From Hypanus sabinus (taxonomy: Eukaryota), in the NCBI RefSeq assembly GCF_030144855.1, contig NC_082735.1, forward strand, positions 17,422,001-17,486,000: a stretch of 64,000 bases of DNA. Direction: 5' to 3'. The position numbers and the translations under genes are program-made. This document shows positions 50,885 to 64,000 of the stretch, piece by piece (within the stretch, counting starts at the first letter, position 1; each line of letters starts with the position of its first letter). The notes beneath the pieces were generated by a model. The model made no database searches. It saw nothing but the letters and a program-made list of their open reading frames with translations, and was not told the DNA's origin.

Positions 50885-51959
50885 GCAGTTGTAATTTGTT
50901 GAGGATCACTGACAGATGCCTGAGGCAGTCCCTCCCACCTGTATTACCACTGGTGGGGAGGGATGTGCCCATGAGTTATTAAGTAGAGTCCATCACACCG
51001 CTCTTTGCTGTACACTCCTGACCTTCAAATTGCCATACCAGCCAACTAGTCCAGCTATCTACGGAAGTTTGTTTGGGTCCAATGATAAGCGGAACTTCCT
51101 AACAAAATGGACACTGGCACACTTTCATTATGATTGCATCTATAAAATGAGCCCAGTACAGGTCATCCAACATACTGGCACGCAGTATTCTTCCCTCTGC
51201 TGACCACCAGTCACTGATGTATGACCAAGGTGCTGTGTTATGGACAAGAATAATGATTGGAGTCCCCCAGTACTTGACATGGTATATTCTTTAAATAAAG
51301 CCTCAAACCATTTTCATGGAACTGTCATAAATAAATTTAAATCTTACACCTCCCTCCCACAATCTTACATTCAATTCTGACATATATTGTCAACCAGCAT
51401 TCAATAATTGGCTACGACAACAGTAATTCAAAAGCAAGTTGTCCATTTTGTTAATGAAGCAACCCGGTTAAGTTACTGTAGTTAAGATATAAATATCTCT
51501 GGATTCTTTAAGTCCCACCATGACAGTCTGGAACTTTGAATTTAGTTAATTAAATATAGTGTATTGGGAATTTAAAATCTAATCTTGGAAACGATGCATG
51601 GGGAAAAATTGTCCAGTAAATTTGTTTGGTTATCTAATGTGTATTTTGGGAGAGACCTGCTATTCTCATCTGGCCTGGTCTGAATTATTTTATTCCATGT
51701 GCCGGAAACATGCAGACATACAATCAGTATATTATCACCTTTATTCACTGTACTGCGCAATTGAATGTGTTAGTGTCACTAATGTCTCATCTCCAAGCAT
51801 TCAGTCAGAATAACCTATGAGATTACATGGACCCACACCCTCCGCATCCAGCCAGGACCATAGACTGCTCTCTTCTTCCAGAACCATTGCAGTTGCTGCA
51901 CCAAACTTCAAGTCCCTGAGAATATAACCTCACATCAGTAGCATTCAGTTGCAGGTGTC

Positions 51960-52900
51960 CCATAAGACTAAGCAGAATTAGGGCATTCAGCCTGTCGAGT
52001 CTGCTGTCATTCCATCACGGCTGATTTATTACCCCTCTCAAACCCGCTCTCCCAGTAACCTTTGACACCATGACAAGTGAAGAATCTATCAACTTCCCCT
52101 TTACATATAACCAATAATTTGGCCTCTACAGCCATCTCTGACAATGAATTCTACAGATTCACTGTCCTCCAGCTAACAAAATGCCTCATTTCTATTCTAA
52201 AGGGACAACCCTCTACTTGTTGGCTGTGATAGGAAACAACCTCTCCACATCCACTATATCTAGGCCTTTCAATATTTGATAGGTTTTAATGAGATCTCCC
52301 CTCATTCTTTCAAATTCCAGCTGGTGTAGGCCTAGAGCTAACACTCTCCTCATATGGTAACTTTCACAGCCAGAATCATTGTAGTGCACCTGCTCTGGAC
52401 CCTCTCCAATGCCAGAGCATCTTTCCTCAGGTAAAGGGCCCAAAACAGATTATAACGCTCCAAAGCCTCAGCATTACTTCATTTTCATTTTCTAGTCCTG
52501 TCGAAAAAAATGCTAAGATTGCATTTGCCTACCTTTCCACCGACTCAACTGGCAAGTCAACTGTGCTTGATTACTCCCCAGCTCCTTCGCAGCTGACTTC
52601 TGAATTTTCTCCCTATTTAGAATATAATCTGTGCTTTTATTCCTTCTACAAAGTGTATTAACCATATCCTTCCTTACACTGTATCTTCCCATTTTCATCC
52701 AAATCCTTCTGCAGACTGCCTGCTTCCTCTACACCACCTGACCTGCCCCTTCACCTACAGGCGTATCGTCTGCAAACTTGGGCACAAAATCAACAATTCT
52801 GTCACCTGAACCAATGACACGTAATGCAAAAAGAAGCGGTCCAAACACTGACCTACTGAACACGAGTCACCGGCAGCTATTCCCACTCTTTAACACCTAT
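51960..52900 (-). mobile_element. Decayed CR1 LINE fragments
   Basis: RMRGDLIKTYQILKGLDIVDVERLFP and a CR1-like 3' tail near 51960-52010. Confidence 0.75.
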
Positions 52901-53650
52901 CAGCTATCTATGCTTCGCACTTGTGTGAGTTCTAGTGAAGATGCATTCTGCAAAATGATTTTGTCACCAAGTCTGAGCTATATGTGACCCCAGAGAGAAC
53001 CGTGTTTAATTTATCATTGTCCACTAATATGACTTTGTAAACCAATAATTTGGACTAAATAACTTCAATCTTTACACAGCAGCTCATCTTGAGTGTCATT
53101 AGGGAGTGGAAATTAATCACTGGTCTTGCATTCAATGAGAGAATGAAGATGCTCTGTATACACTTTAATGTTTTGTATGTTTTAAAAATTCACATCCTAA
53201 AATGTAGTTCTACCAACTTCTGAGTTTAAAAAAAACCTAAACGTTAAAGGCTAGAAGCGAAGCTTTAGCCTGCTAAGAGATAAGTCAGTCCACCTCTACA
53301 AATGACCCAATTTTCTGAGCTGGAGAATCATGTTGGGTTAAATGTAGCAATAAATGGGCCAGTACCGACAACCTGGTCCTGCACATGGCACTTGGACATC
53401 ATAGAACTCTCCACCTGCAATGAGTCAAGTGTGTTCTATTCCTTAAAAGCAAGTATTTTTCATGAAGGATATATAAAAAGCTACTGACCTTCAATAATTA
53501 CCTAAATATGTGACCACTTAGAGCCCATTGGGAGTACTCAAATAGAACAGATTGGGTTAATCTTAGCTCAGTTTAACAGCTGAAGAAGCATAACCACATT
53601 CTGTATCTGAGTACACCCTGCGACCAAAGCCACAAGAGTACAGCCGCTAA

Positions 53651-53682
53651 TTTATTTTTTAAAGTCAAGTGAGCATTTTATT
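53651..53682 (-). terminator. Candidate SNIP1 polyadenylation signals (two AATAAA)
   Basis: TTTATT on + at 53651-53656 and 53677-53682, ending a repeat-free AT-rich stretch of about 2.3 kb after the stop. Confidence 0.4.
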
Positions 53683-56023
53683 TTAAACCAAAAGCAATGT
53701 CATAATAAAGGCACTCAACACATGAAAAATATTGTTGGAAATCTACTTTACTAAAAATTAAACAGACTGCCAAAAAACATAGGAGTGATTGTAACAAAGT
53801 CAGTATTACAATCTACAGAACACCAGTATTTTTTATACAACAAAATATAAATCTGAGCAGTATTTTAAAACAGCTTTCCATTTAATAGTAAATTGTGGCA
53901 AAAGATAGGCTTGTGCCACTGCTCATTATCACCTCCTGTTGCTTAGCAACAATTTGACTTGACTATACAACTGTACTGGAGAAGGGGTAAAGTTGAGCCC
54001 TTTGGTATGAAAATCTATGAACGTTTTTGCAGACACATTTATGAGCAACAAATTTAAGTAAAGAAGACTTTTCCTTAATGGTTGATTCCTACAGACATCA
54101 GTGTAATTATACAGATATAAAAAGCATTAATTTTTCATTACCTGCCTTCCTAATATTTTGTGAAGAACACACTATTTCACTGCCACATGTAGCATCCCTG
54201 CCTCTCAACATGAAACTCTTTCTTGTCAGGGGAGTTGAAAACATCCTCAAAAGAAAGTCAATGCGATAGGTGAACTAGAAATGCAGATCAATATAGCCAA
54301 CTGATTTTGACTGCATTCCCGCCCCAACCACTGTCATTTATAAATGACTATCTTCGTTCCAAGCAGTTATGGTGGAGGTGGTAGATGCAGTTACATGTCC
54401 TAGACATCCAGGCATCTTAACTGGACAGTCTAAAGTAATGTAAGTTATTTAAAAACAGAAGTTGCCAGTAAACACTCATTAAGTCAGACAGAGTCTGTGG
54501 ACAAAAGCACAGGGTTAACATTCTGGGTCCATGGGCTTTAACAAGAGCTACTAAAGATTAAAATGAATGTTGATGGAATATGTCTCTTTCTGTAAGATGT
54601 CAGAAACACTCGTAGGAAATAGAATATAGCTGCGTTTTTGAACCATACAATTCATACTAACTCTTTCTCTAATTCAAGAATTTTACAGACCAAAATTAGA
54701 TTAAACTGCCAGCTGAAAGACTCCAAGCTCAGGTGGTGGGTCAAATTGTGATTTTCAATTACTAACAAACTGTACATGGATTTAAATTAATTTGATCTAT
54801 GCTGCAATTGAAATTGGTTGAATTTCTGTATATCCAGGAATTCTATATAAAGAAAGTTTCAGTAGAAAGTACACATTTAATGAAAGTATTAGACACGGTA
54901 TAATTTGAAATTAATGTTTAATGCTCCTGTTGGTCAATGTCCTTGGCATGTCATTTTCACTGTGCACAAGTACAGCTATATTTGTGACTGTATCCAAATC
55001 AAACGTGATGAATCAATAGCAAGATGCAGAGGATTATATTTCAAAGTTTACTATGTAGGAGTTTGTTGAGGTTCCTGTTACTTACTGCTCCTCAATGTAA
55101 TTCAAAACAACAATTCACTGCTGGCAGATTAAAAAAAAACCTTCAAGCAAAAATCTCTTGCCTTGCTACAGCATTTATATAACCGGACATCATATATTAC
55201 TAGCAATAGAATCCCCGCTTTCCCTCTCATTAACCAAAATAGCAACAAAATCAAAATTAGAAAGATAAACCCTGTGAGGAAGTATAGCATCTTCTATTTT
55301 AACACAAGGTTAAAGACAATTCTCAGACAAAAAAAATGTTCTGCTCATTTTTACCATTAATTCAAATGCCAGAGGGTTCTGAAATATCATGTAAAGAACT
55401 TTAAATTATAAAGGACACTGTGCACAATTTTCAGTTAGAAAAATTAAAGGCTTGAGACTTACAACCAAACATCTCAAAGCTCGCGAAGCCAACAGATGTA
55501 TAAAAGATCAGTCATATGACAACTTGTTGTCTGACATCCTCAGACCAGAGCCCATTGATAAACTTGCTCATGGAGTTCATTGCTCTCCATTAAATAACTT
55601 GAATCTAACAAAACAACAATAAAAACAATTGTCTCTTCCTAAATAGTTAACTACAGCCCTTTTGCAGCTGCTTGGTAAAATCTATGCAGCAATTCCATGG
55701 GCTTTGCTACTATCTCGTAAGCTTCCCGAATGCCACACTGAAGGCAATGAACCAGATTACAACACATGAAAAGTCGACTGCAAAATAGAACTTTAAACGT
55801 TTGGTCTGAAGGGATTGCATGTCCAATCCTGTTAGCCAGGCTGCATTTCAAACACAAATTGATCTGGAACCCCAGTGTGAGAGTCAATATGCACTCGCTG
55901 TTGGCTTCACTTGGACAGAAAAAAACAAAAGTAGTCAATTGTCCATTGGTCCTTCCAATTAGATCATAACCATTCAACTGCAAGGGGGAAGTGAAGATGC
56001 AGAGTGAGGTTTTCTTTTAAACA

Positions 56024-56282
56024 TTAACTTTCAACTTCTTCATCATCATCATCCTGTTCTTGTTTTGCATCCACCTCAGCAGTATCTGAGAATTCGTGCA
56101 AAATGACATATTCCCTGCTACTGAAACCAAATTTCAGCACATCCTTTTCCCGGAGTTCATAGTATCGCTGGACTTCAATGCGTTGATTGTTAAGATAGGT
56201 GCCGTTGGCGGAGCTCAGGTCGATGATGTATGGCCTCACCCTCCTGCCAGGTGTACCATCGCTACGCGTGAACTCGACAAGT
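56024..56282 (-). CDS. SNIP1: SNIP1 terminal coding exon
   Basis: ctcttcatag|A CTT GTC GAG; LVEFTRSDGTPGRRVRPYIIDLSSANGTYLNNQRIEVQRYYELREKDVLKFGFSSREYVILHE...EEVES*; completes the FHA domain; total CDS 1092 nt (363 aa). Confidence 0.96.
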
Positions 56283-56726
56283 CTATGAAGAGAAAATAGA
56301 CAGCATGTTATTCAGTGACTGTACTTTTAAATATTAAATTCCATTTCAGCCTTAAGGGATTTGTACTTTTCCCAAGGAGGGAAGCAAAAATGTGCATACT
56401 GGGGTAGGATGGTAAAGCTGCTGCCTCAACTCCAGCAACCAGATTTATTCATGGCTCTGGAATTTGCAAACTCAAGTAGATTTTCTCACCCACAACCCAA
56501 ATACATGGGGGTTGGTAAATTAATTGGCCCCATTGTGTGAGTGAGTGGCAGAAGGGGAGATGGGAGAGGTGTAGCAGGTGTTAATGGGAATGGGATTAGT
56601 ACAGATTGGTGGATGATGTTCTGAGAATGGGCTAACAAGTCTTTTAAATGCCAACAACGACTCTAACATTAATAACGAGTTACTAAATGAGTGAAAGACA
56701 GTAACACAGTCCTGTGCTTTATCTTA

Positions 56727-56992
56727 GGCTACATCCACACGAGAAGGGAAAATTTTGATAAGGCCGGTTTATCTTGTATTTCCATACAATGTTACATTAG
56801 GCTGTTACTCATCTATTGTTAGAGAAGTACTTGCATAATAGGTAAAACCACCTTAATACCAGCAAGGGCAAAAGCGTTTTTGAAAAGCTCCGGTTTCGGG
56901 GGACGAAAATGACGTTTTAGTGTGGATGGAGGTTAAAAATGAAGAGAAAAAGCTTCAGTTACAGATTTATCCAGCGTAGTGTGGATGTAGCC
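56727..56992. mobile_element. PIF/Harbinger-type MITE, followed by a truncated related copy to about 57540
   Basis: Perfect 14-bp TIR GGCTACATCCACAC; TTA on both sides; about 100-bp internal segment repeated at about 57410-57507. Confidence 0.8.
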
Positions 56993-58264
56993 TTAGACTG
57001 GATAACTTTGAAAACGCCGGTTTCGCGTAAAAACAATAGGCGTCCACACTGTGCTTTTTAAAAAATATCTCTGTTCACATTAAAACGGATATTTCGGCGA
57101 ATCCTCTCCTACTGCGCATGTGCAGGACACATCTACCGAAAACACGCAACATGTTTGGTGTTGAATCTCACTGTCAAAGTGTGCGTTTGTCCAGTTACAG
57201 ACTAGAAAAACTTAAACAACGGACAGATGTTGGCTCTCGCGCAGGAGGACTTAAAAGTAAAAAAAACTAATACTGAAGCCTAAGGAGGCAATCGACAGGG
57301 AGTTCACAGACAGTATGACCTGGCTGATGACGAACATTGAAAAACTGACAAACTCTGTTGCATTAATAAAGCACCTTGTTAAATGTATAAAACACGTCTG
57401 CATCAGTATTATCTTGTATTTCCATACAATATTACATTAGGCTGTTACACACCTATTGTCATAGAAGTACCTGCATAAATAGGTAAACCACCTTCATACT
57501 AGCAAGGACAGAAAATATTAATTCAGTAAGTTATGGATCAAAGTACTTGACAAGCTCCCACAACCTATTAAATGCTCCCAATGGCGTGTGTCTCAAATAG
57601 CCTTTAACAACCAAGTCCAGCTCCTGACCTTCACATGTGGTTTACTTACTAAGCCCAGTGGAGTCATTTTTACTCATAGCTTGCTTCAGGCAGATGGGGC
57701 TTGTCAGCCATGGCTGGCAGCTCATCTAGAAAGAAAACTAACTTTAAATCTCTGCTGCCTTGCAGCTATACCCACTCATGGGAAGGCTTCGGGAATAACC
57801 CCCCCACCCCGGGAAAAATCAACAGGCAGTCCTACGTTGAGTTCAACGCTGACTGGCAACTCCTGCGACGCTGCTGCTAGCAAACTGTAGCTGTCTCTGC
57901 TGTTCGTTGAGGAACATCAGTTGTGTGGTGAGGGGGAGCTTGCTACAAAGGGAACTATATGATCTCCAGATCGTACTGCCCACGGTTGCATGTCTAGTTT
58001 GGCCTCATTCACTCGCAAGTGGAGTGATATGGATGATACACAGAGGATATCTAATACAAATTGGCATCAAGATAGGCATAACACTGCAATGTTATACTGC
58101 TTTATGTTCTATTTACTGCAGCTTGTTTTATTAACAATATATTAGCATTTACAATGAGCCAAAAAAAAAAGCAATTTTCTTAAGGGAGATGCCTAACAAA
58201 ATGAAAGGATTAGAATTGATACTCAAACTTCCTCACAATACAAAACAGTTTGGAATCACAATGA

Positions 58265-59770
58265 AAAAGAAACACAGAAAACTTACAACACAATACAGGT
58301 CCTTCGGCCCACAAAGCTGTACCTAACATGTCCTTACCTGAGAAATTAACTAGGGTTACCCATAGCCCTCTATATAACTGTCCAGGAGTCTGGAAAGTCC
58401 CTATCATATCCGCCTCACCACTGTCGCCGGCAGCCCATTCCACGCACTCACCACTCTCTGCATAAAAAAACCTCAACCCTGACATCTCCTCTGTACTTAC
58501 TTCCCAGCACTTTAAAATTGTGCCCTCTCGTGCTAGCCATCTCAGCCCTGGGAAAGAGCCCCTGACTATCTACACAATCAATGCCTCTTATCATCTTGTA
58601 CACCTCTATCAGGTCACCTCTCATCCTCCGTCACTCCAAGGAAGAAAGGCCGAGTTCACTCAATCTATTCTCATAAGGCATGCTCCCCAATCCAGGCAAC
58701 ATGTTTGTAGATCTCCTCTGCACCCTTTCTATGGTTTCCACATCCTTCCTGTAGTGAGGTGACCAGAACTGAGCACAGTACTCCAAGTGGGGTCTGACCA
58801 GGGTCCTATATAGCTGCAACATTACCTCTCGGCTCCTAAACTCAATCCCACAGTTGATGAAGGCCAATGCACCGTATGCTTTTTTACCCACAGAGTCAAC
58901 CTATGCAGCTGCTTCGAGTGTCCTATGGACTCAGACCCCAAGATCCCTCTGATCCTCCATGCTGCCGAGTCGTACCATTAATACTACATTCTCTCATCCT
59001 ATTTGACCTACCAAAATGAAACACCTCACACTTATCTGGGTTGAACTCCATCTGCCACTTCTCAGCCCAGTTTTGCATCCTATCAATGTCCCGCTGTAAC
59101 CTCTGATAGCCCTCCACACCATCCACAACACCTCCAACCTTTGTGTCACCAGCAAACTTACTAGCCCATCTCTCCACTTCCACGTCATTTATAAAAATCA
59201 CAAAGAGTAGGTGTCACAGAGCAGATCCCTGAGGGACACCACTGGTCACCGACCTCCATCCACCCATCTAAACCACTCTTTGCCTTCTGTGAGCAAGCCA
59301 GTTCTGGATCCACAAAGCAATATCCCCTTGGATCCCATGCCTCCTTACTTTCTCAATAAGCACCTTGTCATGGGGTACCTTGTCAAATACCTTGCTGAAA
59401 TCCATATACACTACATCTACTGCTCTTCCTTCATCAATCTGTTAGGCACATTCTCAAAAAATTAAATCAGGCTCATAAGGCATGACCTGCTTTTGACAAA
59501 GCCATGCTGACTATTCCTAATCATATCATGCCTCTCCAGATATTCATAAACCTGCCTCTCAGGATCTTCTCCATCAACTTAATGGCCATTGACGTAAGAC
59601 TCACTGGTCTATAATTTCCGGGGCTGTCTCTACTCCTTTTTTTGAAAAATGGAACAGTATCCGCAACCCTCCAATCCTCCGGAACCTCTCCCGTCTCCAT
59701 TGATGATGCAAAGATTATTGCCAGAGGCTCAGCAATCTCCTTCCCCGCCTCCCACAGTAGCCTGGGGTAC
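58265..59770 (-). mobile_element. CR1-type LINE 3' portion (decayed RT) in SNIP1 intron 2
   Basis: SKFAGDTKVGGVVD, WAEKWQMEFNPDKC, LVRPHLEYCAQFWSPHYRKD; 3' end GGGCCGAAGG.CCTGT...TTCT(A)TGTTTCT. Confidence 0.92.
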
Positions 59771-59910
59771 CATCAAGTCTGTTATCGAGAAGTGATTTAA
59801 GGAGAGTAGGTTAATCAAATTGAGCTGCTTTAATTTCTTTGAGTACATGTAAAAGGAGACACCTAAATCTCCTTCTTCCCAATTGTATTTATTCAGAGAT
59901 CAACACAAAC

Positions 59911-60518
59911 CTGTACTGCAGCACTGCATGTTGCTTGGAGCAGGAGGGATGATCAATCGGGATGTCCACTATTCTTCGCTGACGACCCAAAAGATAGGCA
60001 CTCTGGCGATGAATGTGCATAACTGGGAGGGGCTCGTCATTCTTGAACGGATAAAGACGCCATCGTTTCCTTGGGACTCTGGACTCTGGCGGTTCGTTGT
60101 ATTTTATCACCACCCCACGAAAGGTGTTTGCATCTTCCACAAGAGCACCAGATAACTCAAAATTCGGCTCCTCTTTAACCTGCGCAGTATTGCCCCGACC
60201 AGCCTGGCTACTGTTTGGTTCAGCCTGGGGATTCTTGGCTGTGAGTGTTTTCAAACGGTCACGGTTCTGGCGCCGCCTTTCATTGTGCAATTCGCGCTCG
60301 GCCTGCTGCTCGTGGAGCTGTTGAACCTCCCTGTCTCGGCCACTAGCACCGTCTTCAGTGCGAGGCCCACCATTCTTTTTGCTGTGGGCCCGCCCACGGT
60401 CCGACCACTCCCTGCGTCGCTCTCTGTCATCGGCCTTCTTGTGTCGGTGCTCTTTCCCTTCGGAGTGGTCTCTGTGACATCTTTCATGGCGCTCCTGTCG
60501 CGGATGGTCATGTCGTTC
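59911..60518 (-). CDS. SNIP1: SNIP1 coding exon 2
   Basis: gtatctag|GAA...TACAG|gtttgt; open frame ERHDHPRQER...KEEPNFELSGALVEDANTFRGVVIKYNEPPESRVPRKRWRLYPFK...YLLGRQRRIVDIPIDHPSCSKQHAVLQYR (first half of the FHA domain); 608 nt. Confidence 0.96.
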
Positions 60519-61479
60519 CTAGATACAATCAGAAAATCCAATTTTGCTAAGTCAACACAGCTAGGATTTAAAAGAACTCCAAGTTTTTTTTTTGGGCAAA
60601 CTACTTCATGAAACAAATGACCCAAACAGAAAACAACATTGCATGCACAATTTTAAATTTGACTTGCATAAGTATCTATCACCAGGACAAATTAAGAATT
60701 GCCTCCAAGCTCAAATTTGGATTTTGAGCAATAAATGTATAAGTTCAGTCCATAGTATCTATTAAAAAGATCTGCCCAACTTGCCTCACTTCCCTGCTTT
60801 TTTTTTTAAGCACACTTCACGACTGCCCTCCATTTTCAAGAAGTTACCCTTTGACATCACTGCCAATTTCATTTTCACCACTCGTATATTCCAGATTCCA
60901 GCAATGTACCACATCACTATCTTTGTTCTACCTCCAAGTTCTTTTACATTGGTGCAATTTGAGTGACTGAGTTACCAGCTACCAGAACCGGATTCTCCTT
61001 CCCTCCGGTAAAACTCTTTCATAATGCACCCATTCTTGAAACAAAACCAATTTCTTTCCCACTCTCTAACCCTCGCCAGAGAATTACATTCTTGTTACAT
61101 TTCCCTGAATTGAACTGGGAGAGTGATGGCTATGAAAGCAAACACGCAACTTCCCAACAATTTGACACCCCCCCCCCCACCACTTTCAGTTCCTGCTTCC
61201 CCTTCCCACTGCCTCCCTCCCAATAACACTCCTGCCTTCCTCCACTTCCCTCCTTCCCCCTCCAGCAAAGAAGCCCTTTCCTTCCCCTCAACACCCACAA
61301 CAGTTAAACTCCATCTGTTCCTCCTTACCCCCCTCGCTGGATGACCCCCTACTTCCCTCCACCTCGCCAGGTGACCAACTCTCTCCCTCTTACCAGATGA
61401 CCCCTCCCTTCCTCCTCTCTCGCCGAAGGGCCCCCTCCCTCCACCCACGCCGGCTCTCACCCCACCTCCTTCCTTCTAT

Positions 61480-61900
61480 TTCCCTTTCCCGTCACCGGCC
61501 GCTCCTTCAGCTCGATGCCGGAAGTCCCTGCTTCGGCGTCCAGGAATCGTGCTGCTAGGCCGTACTTACCCGCCTATACTTGGCCTCAGGCCGCGGGTGT
61601 CTCTGTGTGCCAGGTCCGGGCTTCGGCTCCCTCCGGGCCGGGGAGCGGCCTCTCCAGTGTCCGGGTGGAGACAGACTGCCGCCGGACGAGCCGGAACTCG
61701 AGCGGCGCCGTTTGTAGGCCGCAGCCTCGCTCTTGACGCGCACCCTGTCGCGGCCGGGACTGTGCGAGGCCCTGCGGCGGCCCCGCGCCTCCATTGGAGT
61801 GGCTCCGGCCGACACCTGATGCCCAGCGAAACGTCCGCCGGCAGAAGCGGGGGAAGGAGTGAGGACAGCGCTTCCGGGGCAAAGGTTAACACTGGAGTCA
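61480..61900. promoter_or_regulatory. CpG island / promoter and exon 1 of SNIP1
   Basis: GC/CpG-rich block; ETS/GABP-type CCGGAAG motifs at 61518-61524 (+) and 61871-61877 (-). Confidence 0.8.
61570..61794 (-). CDS. SNIP1: SNIP1 (Smad nuclear interacting protein 1) coding exon 1
   Basis: ATG at 61794 (CCAATGG); R/S-rich MEARGRRRASHSPGRDRVRVKSE...AKYRR with a VKxE SUMO-type motif; donor CGG|gtaagt; 225 nt, phase 0. Confidence 0.85.
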
Positions 61901-62014
61901 GGTCCATTCACCCACTCACCTTCCTTCCAGCCAGCCTCTCTCCCCTACCCCCACCGCTTAATTCACACCTTTACCACACCACCCCCCGCCATCACACTCC
62001 TGAAGAACGATCTC

Positions 62015-62240
62015 GGCCGAAACATTGGCTGTTAACTCTTTCCATAGATGCTGCCGAACTCGCTGAGTTCCTCCGGCATTTTCTGTGTGTAGCTGCACTC
62101 ATACAGCTTTATTCTGGGCATTCAAGCAATAAACACAAAATGCAGGAGGAACTCAGCAGGCCAGGCAACATCCGTGGGAGAAAAAAAGAATAACCTTTGT
62201 TAAATGTTCAGCATTTGCAGATTTTCCCCTGTTTGTGGTT
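62015..62240. mobile_element. Penelope pseudo-LTR fragments just upstream of the SNIP1 CpG island
   Basis: Same family motif in + (62015-62095), - (62130-62190) and + (62205-62240) orientations. Confidence 0.7.
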
Positions 62241-62789
62241 GTTCTGGGCACTAGAGACCCTAGTCTCCTTGTGCCCTTTGATTTCAACAGATTAAATTAA
62301 GGCAGCATTTCCTCCCTCAAAAATGCAATTCATTCTTAATATTTACAAATATATAATGTATATTTAAATGCCTCTATTGTCAGGCAGAAATATCTATCTA
62401 CATGTACAGTATATGATTTACTAACGACACTACCACAGGTTTAAGAACAGTTCTATCCCACTATTTGCTCCCAGTACGATAAGATGGACTTGTGACCTGG
62501 AATCTATCATGTTATGTTCTTGCATGTTTGCCTGCTCTAAACTTTCTCTTTAACATTTTTTTCCGCGGTATGCTCATTGCTTTCCGTTGCAGAGTTGTAA
62601 CAGTTGTCCACTGAAGCTCATTCGACAATAATAAAGCAATATGATTTAATATATTAAAAATTATGGACAAATGATAATTTACCAATATGATATTGTTTTT
62701 TCCTGACACATGTTCTTTAATGAGCCCTTCAGTGCCACAGCATGGGAACGGGCTTGTCAGCCCACTGTTTTAACACCTAACATCCAGGG

Positions 62790-63285
62790 AAACCGGACAG
62801 AATTTTATAAGATTATCAAAGGCATATTAGGGGCAGGCAGCTGGTGTCTTTTCTCCAGGGTCGAAATGTCCAATACAGAAGACATACATTTAAGTAGCGA
62901 GGGGACGTTCAAAGGAGATAGGCATGATTACACAGTCAGTGGTGGATGGTTGGAATGCAGTCCCAGGGGTGGGACTGCGGGCAACCACAATAGAGGCATT
63001 TAAGAGGCTCATAGATATATAGAGAATGTAGAGACATGGACATTGTGCTGCTAGAAGGAATTAGTTCAGTTGGGTGTTTATTTATTAATTTGGCACAATA
63101 TTATGGGCTAATGGACTTTTTCCAATAGTTTAAAGTGAAGTTTAAAGAGACTACTGGACAGGTATATGGAGGAATTTGTAGGGGGGTTATATGGGAGGCA
63201 GGGTTTGAGGGTCAGCACAACATTGTGGGCTGAAGGGCCTGTAATGTGCAGTACTATTCTATGTTCTATACTGTCCTATATTCTA
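62790..63285 (+). mobile_element. CR1 LINE 3' fragments
   Basis: Two successive CR1-like 3' ends ending in TTCTATGTTCTA. Confidence 0.7.
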
Positions 63286-63468
63286 TCAAACAACCATTGA
63301 TACTAATCCTACACTTAATTACACTTTTTCTGTCAAACTTACATCAACCTACCCCTCCCCACCCAAGTTTTGTTCCACTTGCCTACATTGGAGCAATTTG
63401 CCAATTAACCTACTGATCAGCAAACTTCTGGAATCGCAACACCAAGCAATCACGGAGAGCCTCTAAAC

Positions 63469-64000
63469 CAGTGGTTCCCAACCTTTTTTTGGCCATGCCC
63501 CACCTAATCACTTCTAAAATCCTGATGCCCCCTGTGGTGATATATAATTCTTATTATTCAAAAAGTGAACTCCTATTCACCTGGAGGAAGCATTAACTTG
63601 GTTTAAACAAGCTTCAAGTTTAAACATGGCATTCATGAAAGAGAAAAATAAAATAACCAAAGGACTATTAAAGTTCTGAGGAAGAAATTACTAAGAAATT
63701 GTAAAAAAAAACATTAAGTGATATTGAAATAATAATAATAATAATAATAAATGAACAATGCCAATTCGTTTCTACAGCATACAAAGGCAGATACACCATT
63801 TAAAAGAGATGATGCAATGTACACACCTTCACACCACCAAGAACCGAAGGCTACTGCAAAAAGCAGCATTGGTGCGACCTCGTACGAATTTCTTATGCGT
63901 TTCGACTTGTTCATTCGTTCCTTCCTACATCAGTCAATTCATTAATTTAATTATGAAAGTCATTTGATGGTTGTAATGATGGTGATACACTATATATACA
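63469..64000. mobile_element. Left end of another hAT (Charlie/SPIN-like) element, probably running off the window
   Basis: CAGTGGTTCCCAACCT terminus preceded by CTCTAAAC (nnnTAnnn target); no right end seen. Confidence 0.55.

Noticed and set aside
61515-62193. Long ORFs overlapping SNIP1 exon 1, including an upstream out-of-frame ATG at 61907
   Set aside because: CpG-island artefacts; the TSS is unknown, so a uORF cannot be supported

Overview
Eukaryotic (vertebrate) genomic DNA, AT-rich and repeat-dense. The repeat landscape (CR1 LINEs, abundant Penelope-like elements, tRNA-SINEs, Tc1) suggests a cartilaginous fish such as a ray or shark; this is inference. Two multi-exon host genes lie on the minus strand in tandem, the same neighbourhood as in mammals. 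SNIP1 has 3 coding exons (61794->56024, 363 aa, FHA domain). MEAF6 has 8 coding exons including a 30-nt cassette micro-exon (40032->24902, 202/192 aa). Each gene starts in a CpG island. Between them is a complete 2,896-bp hAT (Buster/Charlie/SPIN-group) DNA transposon with an intact 644-aa transposase ORF, 16-bp TIRs and a perfect 8-bp TSD. It is nested inside a solo LTR and itself carries an LTR-like cassette upstream of the transposase. Also present: a 5'-truncated Penelope-like element (RT + GIY-YIG, 15-bp flanking duplication), three decayed near-full-length Tc1 elements, a second solo LTR, MITEs, CR1/RTE fragments, SINEs and a higher-order minisatellite. The most notable hidden layers are (i) more than a dozen Penelope pseudo-LTRs carrying minimal type-I hammerhead-ribozyme motifs, often as inverted pairs, with an intact back-to-back pair in the last MEAF6 intron, and (ii) a chain of minus-strand exon-like segments at 0.9-23 kb that suggests an unannotated micropeptide gene or decayed gene downstream of MEAF6. 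All coordinates were read by eye; repeat boundaries without TSD support are approximate.
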